Positions 49,200 to 57,437 of a stretch of DNA of 57,437 nt are shown in pieces. The number at the start of each line of letters is the position of its first letter. The first letter of the stretch is position 1. The stretch is from Kiritimatiellia bacterium (GTDB lineage Bacteria; Verrucomicrobiota; Kiritimatiellia; RFP12; UBA1067), in assembly GCA_017544725.1 (NCBI GenBank), contig JAFYDR010000317.1, positions 1-57,437 on the forward strand, given 5' to 3'. Position numbers and translations under genes: made by a program. The notes beneath the pieces were generated by a model. The model ran no database searches, was not told the origin of the DNA, and saw nothing but the letters and a program-made list of their open reading frames with translations.

Positions 49200-49524
49200 G
49201 TGCGCCTAGCGAAGGCAATAGGGAGTAGGCAGTAGGGAGTAGAAGCTAATAGCTAGTAGCTTTTAGCTGACAGCTGTTAGCTTTTAGGCCCATCATTGTT
49301 TCATTCGTCATTCACCATTTTCCTATTTTTCAGCTAGTGGCGTTAGCCGCCTTGGGAGGGGCAACGTCCTCGTTGCCCGCAACGGAACGAACTGGCGGCT
49401 AACCCCCATCCCCATTGTCCTCATCGTCCCCAGCGTCTCCGCTTTTCAGCCTCTCAGCTTTACCGCTTCTCAGCTGGCGGCTTCGCCGCCTCTCATTCGT
49501 CACTCGTCACTGGCGCGAAGCGCC
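49200..49524. repeat. Mosaic intergenic repeat cluster between convergent genes
   Basis: TAGGCAG/TAGGGAG heptamers, AGCT runs, GGGCAACGTCCTCGTTGCCC hairpin (also at 32898), CTCAG module, TCGTCAC heptamers, GGCGCGAAGCGCC. Confidence 0.75.
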
Positions 49525-52500
49525 CTACCGAATCAGGAGGGTGGTGGCAGCTCGGATGAGTAGGACTTCGTTCGGATGATATGCGAGTTGCCAAGGTGTA
49601 CCCGCTAAGTTCGTACCCGCAAACTGTCCGACGAAACCGTCCGCAGATGTTGCGAGTGTGTATCTTGTCCCCATCAAGGTATTGAGGTTGGTGATGTGCA
49701 GGGTCAACCCAGTCAGGTCGAATAGACCCGATGTACACCTCACATTGTCGATTGCGTTCTCCGTCGCATCCAACTCTAGCGTTCCCGTGACACTCGCGTT
49801 GCTGAAGGTCAGCGTGGCAGTCTCCGTCGCGTTCGTGCCGGGGTCGATTGCACCGGTAACAGTAAGGACTCCGTTCGAGACAGTACCCGAACCAGTCAAC
49901 GTCGCGACTGTCTGTGAGTTGCCGCCTAATGCCAACATTACACCATCCGCGAGTGCAACGGCTCCGCTTTCCGGCAAGCGTGCGTCTGGCGCGAGCGCGA
50001 GTGTTCCTGCTGTCACGGTGGTATTCACTGCGTAGCTGTTCGTGCCGGTCAAGGTCAACACGCCCTCCCCGCATTTTTCAAACCCGTTCGCTTCGGCGCT
50101 CTCGGAATAATCTGCCCCCGCCAAAACGCTGATGGTCAGTTCTTCTTCCGACAGCGCACGATTCCAGACGCGCACCTCGTTGTAGTCCGCCGCAGCGTCG
50201 TGGTTTGCTGACTGACGCGAATGGCCGAGATAACAGGTGTCGAGATCCTGCGAGGACAATGACCAAGTATCGTTCGTGAACGCATGTTTCGAGAGCGTCA
50301 CGCCCGTAACGGCATCCTGCTTGTAGGCGGTCGCCAGCCATCCGCCATTGTTTGGAAGCGGCTCCAACACAAAGGCAATATGATACTCCGTGCCAAGCAT
50401 GTAGGGGGCCATGAAGTTGGATTGCGAAGCCGCGCCGTTGTAGATACGAATCATGTCCGTCTGGAGATCCTTCGATTTCGTCCAGGTCATGGTCACGTAA
50501 TTCGCGTTGGCACTTCCTTTTCCGAAATCGAAGATGCGGCTCCAGTCCCGTATCTCCCGCTGTGTCGCCCAAATCTCCAACGTCACAGGCTTCCCGTTTT
50601 TGGGAAGGGCATTCGCACCGAGATTCAGGTAGGACGTCCCGAAGGTGCCGCCAGCCAACCGAGCGCACCCATCCACGAAAGTCACGGCGCCAATCGCCGT
50701 CGCATCCTGTTCTCCGACGGAATCCTTCAGGTCTCCGTTGAAACTCCAGCGATGAACCAAGTCGGCATCCATACGCGGTGTCAGCCTCGCTACCGTCAAT
50801 GGTTGCGTGAACGTGATGTTGTGTCCGGCGGTATCAACCACACCGCCGCGCTCGCTCATCGAGAACGCCGTCAGCCCCGAAAGGTAGTTGTCCGACGAGG
50901 CGGTCGCGTACAACGTACCACCGTCGAAGGTGAACTCACGTTTCGTGCCAGCGACACCGATGACCTTTGGCGTCTCGATGACTCCCCCGGTTTTCAGCAC
51001 GACGCGTCCGCTCGCGCTTGCGTAATCCGCAATCCGCAATGCCAGCGTGTTGCCGCAACGCAAGATTCCTGAACAGGAAACTTCCAAGTAACCGTCTCCC
51101 CATTCGCCGACGCGGAAATTTTTCGCAACCGGCTGACTCCAAACACCGCCGGTCAAGTAGGCGAATCCTAAACTGTTCGCATCATGCCCGATACTGGTCA
51201 CGCCTAGCACGGTTGTCGTTCCCGCCGTCTGCCGAAAAACGCCAGTCCCCTTCGCCAACCCCAACTGGAAATGGTAGGAACAATCAATTGTCCCGCCGTT
51301 CTGTTCCAGCGTGGCTGTATCGCCCACGCCGACCTGTACGGCATCGCCGCCGGATGACGTACGGAGGGTGGCGGATTCCGCCACGCGCATCGTACCGTTG
51401 CTGGCGATCAACCGCATAAGCGCAAGCGTTGCATCGTTTGTAACCGTGAACATCCCTTTCTCGTTCGCGATTCGCAACAGACGGAAGTTGCTAGATGCGC
51501 AGAGATCAATCCTGCCGCCGACAATCTTCAGCTGTCCGTTTCCCGTTGAATCCGTAATCGCCCCGTACAACGACACGCTGTTCGTCACGGATCGGATGAC
51601 CGCCGTATTCCCGTACAGATCCAACGGCGTACAGAATGCGAGCGGCGCATCTGCCTCCGCTCCGTTCAAAATCAATTCCGACGGCGCGAATGGTTCCGTT
51701 CCCCACACGAGCGGTGTACCACCCGTATCCAAATCGACGGTCAATGGAACACCTTTCGCCGTAAAGCCGGAGGAGATGCCTGACGTAAACGAGAGTTCAC
51801 CCGCACCGGTACCCAGTCGTCCTGTAATCTGCCCGGTACGGCTCGATAGGCAACCGCCACGCAGATACACGGCGTGATTACTATCCAGACCCTCGCCCCA
51901 GTCGGCGCAAAGCGTTCCACCATACACCAGCATATCGCCGCCGAGCGTGTTCCGTCCGCTCAATGTAAGTGTATTAGATCCGAACTTCAGCAAGTTACCC
52001 ACACTCACTAGATTGGTCGAATGGTACTGGTCGCCAGAGGTGGTGTCGAACACCAGCGCATTGTCCACGATGGGCGAGAAACACCAGCCGTGGCGATCCA
52101 CAAAGTCCATGTAACGGTTCCAGTCGTAGAGTACAAGGTTGTGTTCTCCCGACCGCAAATGATAACTGATGTTCCCCTCCTGCATCGGCACTTCGACAGG
52201 CGGGAAGTTCGTCCCGACCATTCCACGCTTTCCGTAGAGTTCCCACGCCGGAGAAGCGAAGACCGCCGAGGCGAGTTCACCCCGCTGTCCCGCCCAGTTG
52301 TCCTGCGATGCGGAGCCGACCGCCAACAGACGCGGCGCGATCAACGCCAACAACTCGTGCTGGTCAAAGGGCATCTCAAACTCCTTCCCGGCAAAACTGT
52401 TGTATCGTGTGCAGAACCAGTGCGGGAAGTTGCGTGTGATGGAGGCGATGGATTCGGAAGAGGGTAAATCCATGTGATTCAGCTTGGCGCCAGTACATCC

Positions 52501-53238
52501 TGAATCATTTGAAATCACAAATGCGAAGCGCGTATCGGTCGCGCCCGTCCAGAGCGCGGTTTTACCGCCGCGCGAATGCCCGATCACCGCGATGTGCGCC
52601 GCATCCAGCAACGGTTCGGTCTCGATCCAGTCCATCACACGACTCGCACCCCATGCCCAAGCGGAGATTGTCGCCCAACTCTCTTCCGTCCGTACAGAGG
52701 GATCCTGCTCGAAAATCGCATGAACGCCAACGGTGAATCCGGTGGAACGATCCGGACAGACATCGCCGTTGTAAAAGGCAAGTGCGGCATAGCCACGCGC
52801 GACAATCTCCTCGACTGGCCAGAAGGGACTTTTCTTGACACGTTCCGGATCGATGTTCGCCTCCGGGTCGCGGTTGCAGATCAACAGGAAGCCTGGCGCT
52901 GGTGTGGCGCGAATCGGAATGAAGGCGTTCACGCGGATGCAACCGTTACCGCCCGGTCCCGAATAACGGATGTCGATCAGCTTTCGAATTGCACGTCCAC
53001 CAATCATCACGCAATTCGTTCCCGCCTGCTCAAAGGTGAGGGAGGCCGGACGCTCGATGGAACGGACGCCGAAGACATTCGTGGTGAAGGTCTGGAGAAG
53101 CTCCGGTCGGCGCACCGCCTCCCACTGTTGCACGGTCGTGACCGGATCGCCCGACGCCGTACGCATCAGCTCCGGCAACTCGTCAGCCAAGGCAAAACCA
53201 CCCAAGAGAAAAACCAAAATCGCAAGTCGAAATCTCAA
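49525..53238 (-). CDS. Secreted CE15-like (glucuronoyl-esterase-like) hydrolase fused to passenger-like repeats and a LamG domain
   Basis: Signal peptide; WAWGASR, GHSRGGK, DSGCTG, PFDQHELLALIAPR; HRWSFNGDL...EVRVWNRALS; ends LIRAATTLLIR*. Confidence 0.85.
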   Translation of the reverse strand: MRFRLAILVFLLGGFALADELPELMRTASGDPVTTVQQWEAVRRPELLQTFTTNVFGVRSIERPASLTFEQAGTNCVMIGGRAIRKLIDIRYSGPGGNGCIRVNAFIPIRATPAPGFLLICNRDPEANIDPERVKKSPFWPVEEIVARGYAALAFYNGDVCPDRSTGFTVGVHAIFEQDPSVRTEESWATISAWAWGASRVMDWIETEPLLDAAHIAVIGHSRGGKTALWTGATDTRFAFVISNDSGCTGAKLNHMDLPSSESIASITRNFPHWFCTRYNSFAGKEFEMPFDQHELLALIAPRLLAVGSASQDNWAGQRGELASAVFASPAWELYGKRGMVGTNFPPVEVPMQEGNISYHLRSGEHNLVLYDWNRYMDFVDRHGWCFSPIVDNALVFDTTSGDQYHSTNLVSVGNLLKFGSNTLTLSGRNTLGGDMLVYGGTLCADWGEGLDSNHAVYLRGGCLSSRTGQITGRLGTGAGELSFTSGISSGFTAKGVPLTVDLDTGGTPLVWGTEPFAPSELILNGAEADAPLAFCTPLDLYGNTAVIRSVTNSVSLYGAITDSTGNGQLKIVGGRIDLCASSNFRLLRIANEKGMFTVTNDATLALMRLIASNGTMRVAESATLRTSSGGDAVQVGVGDTATLEQNGGTIDCSYHFQLGLAKGTGVFRQTAGTTTVLGVTSIGHDANSLGFAYLTGGVWSQPVAKNFRVGEWGDGYLEVSCSGILRCGNTLALRIADYASASGRVVLKTGGVIETPKVIGVAGTKREFTFDGGTLYATASSDNYLSGLTAFSMSERGGVVDTAGHNITFTQPLTVARLTPRMDADLVHRWSFNGDLKDSVGEQDATAIGAVTFVDGCARLAGGTFGTSYLNLGANALPKNGKPVTLEIWATQREIRDWSRIFDFGKGSANANYVTMTWTKSKDLQTDMIRIYNGAASQSNFMAPYMLGTEYHIAFVLEPLPNNGGWLATAYKQDAVTGVTLSKHAFTNDTWSLSSQDLDTCYLGHSRQSANHDAAADYNEVRVWNRALSEEELTISVLAGADYSESAEANGFEKCGEGVLTLTGTNSYAVNTTVTAGTLALAPDARLPESGAVALADGVMLALGGNSQTVATLTGSGTVSNGVLTVTGAIDPGTNATETATLTFSNASVTGTLELDATENAIDNVRCTSGLFDLTGLTLHITNLNTLMGTRYTLATSADGFVGQFAGTNLAGTPWQLAYHPNEVLLIRAATTLLIR

Positions 53239-53261
53239 CGTCTTGTTACCCTAGAGGCCGT

Positions 53262-53391
53262 AGAGGCAATTGCAAAACCTCCCGACCATCTTTTTTCGAC
53301 CACGGAATACACGGAATGCACTGAAAAATCGCGACTCTCCTGAAAACCATTCCGTGAATTCCGTGTATTCCGTGGTTTTGAAATTACTTCC
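53262..53391. repeat. TTGCAAAACC-family element with nonamer arms
   Basis: AGAGGCAATTGCAAAACC...CACGGAATACACGGAATG...TTCCGTGAATTCCGTGTATTCCGTGGTTTTGAAATTACTTCC. Confidence 0.75.
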
Positions 53392-53437
53392 CTAGAAAGT
53401 CTAGCTGTTCTAGATACCCAGAAGTCTAGACAACTAG
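53392..53437. repeat. CTAG array with ~9-bp period
   Basis: CTAG at 53392, 53401, 53410, 53426 and 53434. Confidence 0.65.
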
Positions 53438-53469
53438 ACCGCACAACCATCCGCAGCGGCTCGCCGCGC

Positions 53470-56400
53470 CTACCGAACCATAAAGATGGTGCCGCCACGG
53501 CTCAGCAAGACCGCATTGCGATGGTAACTGACCTGCCACGGCGTTCCCGCCAAATTGGTTCCGGCAAACTGCCCGGTGATACCGCTGGCGCCCGAGGTCG
53601 CCAACGTGTAGCTCGCGCCCGTCAGAGCCTCGATATTGTTGATCTGCAGGCTCAACCCGGTCAGGTCGAAGGTACCCGCCGTGCAATCGATGTTGTCGAT
53701 CGCTGTCTCCGTCGCGTCCAACTCCAACGTCCCTGCGGCACTCACGTTGCTGAAGGTCAGCGTGGCTGTCTCGTTCGTACTCGTGCCGGGGTTGATTGCG
53801 CCGGTGACGGTGAGGTTGCCGCCCGAGACGGTACCCGAACCGGTCAACGCTACGACGGTCTGCGAGTTGCCGCCGAGCGCCAGTTCCGCGCCGTCTGCCA
53901 GTTCAACGCCCGTCGTGGATGGCAACGAGGAGGTCGCGCCGAGCTCCAGCGTGCCACCCGTTACGCGGGTATCGACCGGATACGTGTTCGCGCCCGTGAG
54001 CGTCAACTTGCCCGCCCCTTTCTTTTCAAACATAAAACTTGGCAGAACGTCCGGTCCGGCGCGAACATTCGCAGCCAGTTCCCACTCGGACAACGCCCGG
54101 TTCCAAATGCGCACCTCGTTGTAGTTCGCGGCGGCATCGGCATCGCTCTGCACGGAACGTCCGAGATAGCAGTAAGTCTGCACCAGCGAAGGGAGTGTCC
54201 AGGTCGTGTTCGTGAAGGACGTACTCTTCAGAGTCTCTCCGGTCACGGCATCCTGCTTGTAGGCGGTCGCTACCCAACCGCCGTCATTCGGGAGCGGATA
54301 CAACACAAGGGCGATGTGGAACTCCGTACCAAGTGTGTAAGGCGCCATCTTGTTCGAAACGGACGATGCCCCCTTGCGGATACGGATCATGTCTGTATTG
54401 ATGCCTTCACTCTTCGTCCAACTCATCGTCACGTAATCATTACCATCAACACCAACATCGAAGATACGACTAAAGCTCCTGACTTCGCGTTGCGTCGCCC
54501 AAATTTCGATCGTCGCGGGAGAACCGTCGCGGGGAAGGATGTTTGAACCGAGATTGACGTAGGACTTCTTCGAGCTCCCGCTCGCTGGGGTGAGTGCCAG
54601 TTCGCTGTTACCGTTCGTAAACGTGTAAATGTACGCCGTCGCATCCTGACCGCCGATGCTATCCTTCAAGTCTCCGTTGAAACTCCAGCGGTGGGTCAGA
54701 CCCTCGCCTTGCGCAATGTGCGATGAGGTCGCGGCAAGTGCGTTGCTGAAGGTGATGTTGCGCCCGTTCGAATCGACCGCGCCGCCCAGTTCACCCATAC
54801 CGAACGTTGTCAGGTTGTAGAGGTACTTGGCAGGAGCTTTCGTCGTCGCCCGCAGGGTACCCCCGTTGAAGAAAAACTTGGAGTAGCAACCATTCTTGCC
54901 GTTGTTCCCGGCAACTTCCGTCGCCTCAATTGTTCCGCCGTATCCCAACAGGACACGACCACCGGAACCGGAATTGCCTTCATGCGCGATACTCAGACGC
55001 GTGTTACCGGTCTGCACCTCGCCCGATCCGCTGACCTCCAAGTAACCGACGCTTCCTTCTCCAACGCGGAAATTCTTGGCGACCGGCTCACACAGAACAC
55101 CGCCAGTCACATACACCTCGCCCGTGCCACCACTTCCCCAACCGATGGAACAGACGCCCTTGACCGTGTTGGTACCGCCCGTTTGGCGGAAAGTACCCAG
55201 TCCCTTTTCACGTCCGAGTTGGAAGTGGTAACCGCAGTTCAACATCCCGTCGTTCAACACATACGTCCCGTTGGTGTAATACCCGATGGCCGTGGAAATA
55301 CCGCTGTTATTCCGCGTCGTCACTGTTCCGCCGTTCTGCGTAATCGTACCGCCGCGCACGAAAATCTGATCGAACGAAACATTCGCACCGTTGCCGATCT
55401 CAATTTCGCCGTTGCCGCGATTGGCACTTCCCGCATAGAGGGTTTTTCCGTATGTTGTCCCGCCATCAATCACGATCCGTTTCACCTTGGCGTTGTTTGC
55501 TTCATCCATCCCCGTGGTAATCTGATTCCCGTTCGTGACCATGCAGTCTTTGAGAATCAGAGTTCCGACTATGACGTTCAAGTTGTTGGTTATCGAGATC
55601 GTTTGGTTCGTCGCGGCGAACGTCGAACCGTCTCTGATGTTCATCAGACCGAGAACGTTCTCCTCCTGATTATTCAAGATGGTCGTACCGGCGTAGGTGT
55701 TGAGCCGACGAATCAACAATGGGCCCTCAAACGCGAGCGGGGCAGTACCGTACTTGTCCAATGCACTATCAGCTGCCGCCGAGGAGGTGATCCATCTGCC
55801 TGTGGCGACGGCACTGTTCTTGTTGACAGTCAGCGACACAATCTTACCGTTCAGGTCAAAGGAGTTCGCCAGCGTAATTTTCTGGTCCGCCTCGGAGGTG
55901 TTCAGGATCAAGGAGGTCACGGGGAAGAGTGCGCTTCCGAAGACGATCGGTACATCCGTGTCGCCCAACTTGACTGTCAGAGGGACGCCTTTTGCGGTAA
56001 AGGCGGGAACCATTCCGCTTGAGACCGTGATCTGCCCTGCGCCCGTTCCCAGTCCGGCGGTGATGGAACCGTTCGCGCTGGAAAGCGCACCGCCTAGCAG
56101 CTCCACCGCGTGGTTCGCGTCCAGCCCCTCACCGAAGTCCGCCTGAAGCGTACCCGCGTATATCCGCACGTTCCCGCCGAGGGTATTGTTTCCAGTGAGG
56201 AAGAGCGTGTTCGCACCGAACTTATCCAAGCCACCAGCCAATGCCAGATTTTCCGAAACCGTCTTGTTCCCCGACGCGGTGTTATAGACGCTGGAAGGGG
56301 AGATGTCCGCGCCGTTCTCGACCACCGCATTCGCGCGCAGGGTTGCCTGCTGTGCCGCCGTCCAAGCCGAGCCGAACTGCAACACGGCGCCGTTCCGTAC

Positions 56401-57291
56401 CGTCACCATGCCCGCCGTCGCGTATCCGGGCAGGGACTCCGGAGTCTCTACCACCAATGTTCCCGCGCTCACGACCGTCGGACCATTGTACGTATTCGTC
56501 GCCGCCAGCCACAGTGTTCCTGCGCCGATTTTCTCAATTCCAACGGGTGATGCCTGTACGCCGCTCGCGACCAACGGAATCGCGGCCTTGCAGAAGCGAC
56601 CGTTCGTGTCAAAGACAGCACCGCCATTGCCAATCGTTGCGGAGGTACCAGCCGCACCGGTGAGAAAGATTGTGTTCGCGGCACTGGTAATTCCGGTGGC
56701 GCAATAGGTACCGCCATCAAAGAGCAGCGTCGAGCCGACACGCACCAGTTCGATGCCGTTCGCTTCAATCCTGCCGCCGCTCACCACATGAACGATTCCG
56801 GTAGAACCAGGTTTTACCGCAAGTTGTACACGGTAGGGGGTCGAGAGCTTTCCCGTTCCCGTAATGGTCAAGGAACCGGTCGCGAACTCACCGACCGTCA
56901 CGCGGGATGGTGTACTGACCGTACCACCAGAAAGGGTGTACTCGGCGCGAATGCTCCCGTTCGCTCTCCCGTCTTCGCCACGTCCGACTTTGAATCCCGC
57001 GTCCCCATCACCACTGTAGGCCGCACAAACAGAACCGCCCGTCTGCACGATGTCGAACGAGTTCGTCCGTCCGGTAATCAGATACTTCACCACAATGTCC
57101 ATACCTTCGGAAATCGTCGCCGAACCAACACTCATGTTCACCGTATCGTCCGCTGCCGGATACGCATTGCTCGTCCAATTCGCCGGATCGGTGAAATCCC
57201 CGACCGCGCCCGGCAACCAAGTTCTCGTCACCGCCAGAGCGGAAAACGATACCAACGCCAAAAGCAACCAAATGCTCGTAAACTTCTTCAT
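53470..57291 (-). CDS. Secreted passenger-like protein with autotransporter-associated strand repeats and a LamG domain
   Basis: Signal peptide MKKFTSIWLLLALVSFSALA; IEKIGAGTLWL..NTYNGPT and FEKKGAGKLTLTGANTY repeats; ends LSRGGTIFMVR*. Confidence 0.88.
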   Translation of the reverse strand: MKKFTSIWLLLALVSFSALAVTRTWLPGAVGDFTDPANWTSNAYPAADDTVNMSVGSATISEGMDIVVKYLITGRTNSFDIVQTGGSVCAAYSGDGDAGFKVGRGEDGRANGSIRAEYTLSGGTVSTPSRVTVGEFATGSLTITGTGKLSTPYRVQLAVKPGSTGIVHVVSGGRIEANGIELVRVGSTLLFDGGTYCATGITSAANTIFLTGAAGTSATIGNGGAVFDTNGRFCKAAIPLVASGVQASPVGIEKIGAGTLWLAATNTYNGPTVVSAGTLVVETPESLPGYATAGMVTVRNGAVLQFGSAWTAAQQATLRANAVVENGADISPSSVYNTASGNKTVSENLALAGGLDKFGANTLFLTGNNTLGGNVRIYAGTLQADFGEGLDANHAVELLGGALSSANGSITAGLGTGAGQITVSSGMVPAFTAKGVPLTVKLGDTDVPIVFGSALFPVTSLILNTSEADQKITLANSFDLNGKIVSLTVNKNSAVATGRWITSSAAADSALDKYGTAPLAFEGPLLIRRLNTYAGTTILNNQEENVLGLMNIRDGSTFAATNQTISITNNLNVIVGTLILKDCMVTNGNQITTGMDEANNAKVKRIVIDGGTTYGKTLYAGSANRGNGEIEIGNGANVSFDQIFVRGGTITQNGGTVTTRNNSGISTAIGYYTNGTYVLNDGMLNCGYHFQLGREKGLGTFRQTGGTNTVKGVCSIGWGSGGTGEVYVTGGVLCEPVAKNFRVGEGSVGYLEVSGSGEVQTGNTRLSIAHEGNSGSGGRVLLGYGGTIEATEVAGNNGKNGCYSKFFFNGGTLRATTKAPAKYLYNLTTFGMGELGGAVDSNGRNITFSNALAATSSHIAQGEGLTHRWSFNGDLKDSIGGQDATAYIYTFTNGNSELALTPASGSSKKSYVNLGSNILPRDGSPATIEIWATQREVRSFSRIFDVGVDGNDYVTMSWTKSEGINTDMIRIRKGASSVSNKMAPYTLGTEFHIALVLYPLPNDGGWVATAYKQDAVTGETLKSTSFTNTTWTLPSLVQTYCYLGRSVQSDADAAANYNEVRIWNRALSEWELAANVRAGPDVLPSFMFEKKGAGKLTLTGANTYPVDTRVTGGTLELGATSSLPSTTGVELADGAELALGGNSQTVVALTGSGTVSGGNLTVTGAINPGTSTNETATLTFSNVSAAGTLELDATETAIDNIDCTAGTFDLTGLSLQINNIEALTGASYTLATSGASGITGQFAGTNLAGTPWQVSYHRNAVLLSRGGTIFMVR

Positions 57292-57437
57292 AATCCTAAC
57301 CTTTCCCGATTCATGCGGAGCGGATGTACCGTAACGAAAAGTCCCTCCGTCCACCGCAAGTAGAATCATACCTAGAACTGCGTTTAGTTTGACAAAATGG
57401 AAGAGATTTGTCAAGTTGAAGGATTCCATCTTTTCGA

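Noticed and set aside
49525-57291. Classical type Va autotransporters, or a DGR template/variable-repeat pair
   Set aside because: There is no C-terminal beta-barrel or terminal aromatic residue. The paralog differences are not adenine-specific, and no reverse transcriptase is present.
57389-57414. TTGACAAAAT...ATTTGTCAA inverted repeat upstream of the last gene
   Set aside because: It may be an operator or divergent -35 elements, but it is at the window edge with no context to support a call.

Overview
High-GC chromosomal window from a diderm bacterium. PVC-superphylum (Kiritimatiellae/Lentisphaerae-like) origin is inferred from an H-X9-DG pseudopilin and large TN-rich secreted proteins. 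Housekeeping and metabolic genes: ftsB-like, yggS, cysK, metY, pyrK, kdsA, kdsB, icd, acyl-CoA synthetase with an XRE-cupin regulator, a PfkB kinase, a GT4 glycosyltransferase and a Ser/Thr kinase. Accessory genes: a DinJ/RelB-YafQ toxin-antitoxin pair, a solitary tyrosine recombinase, an HUH (RAYT-like) nuclease with an extra C-terminal domain, secreted hydrolases and five giant secreted proteins. No tRNA, rRNA, CRISPR array or prophage is evident. Most notable: (1) the RAYT-like gene is directly followed by an inverted array of variable-stem C-GNA-G mini-hairpins separated by a constant ACTTA pentamer, with partial copies elsewhere; (2) four passenger-like secreted proteins have no autotransporter barrel but share a terminal [G/A]-T-x-h-x-h-R motif, a candidate sorting signal; (3) a MITE with 22-bp TIRs and 9-bp TSDs has copies carrying different mosaics of short repeat modules; (4) an unannotated 49-aa Cys/Met-rich leader ORF with attenuator-like hairpins lies between metY and DUF3034-cysK. 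All calls were made by eye from motifs; no database searches were run.
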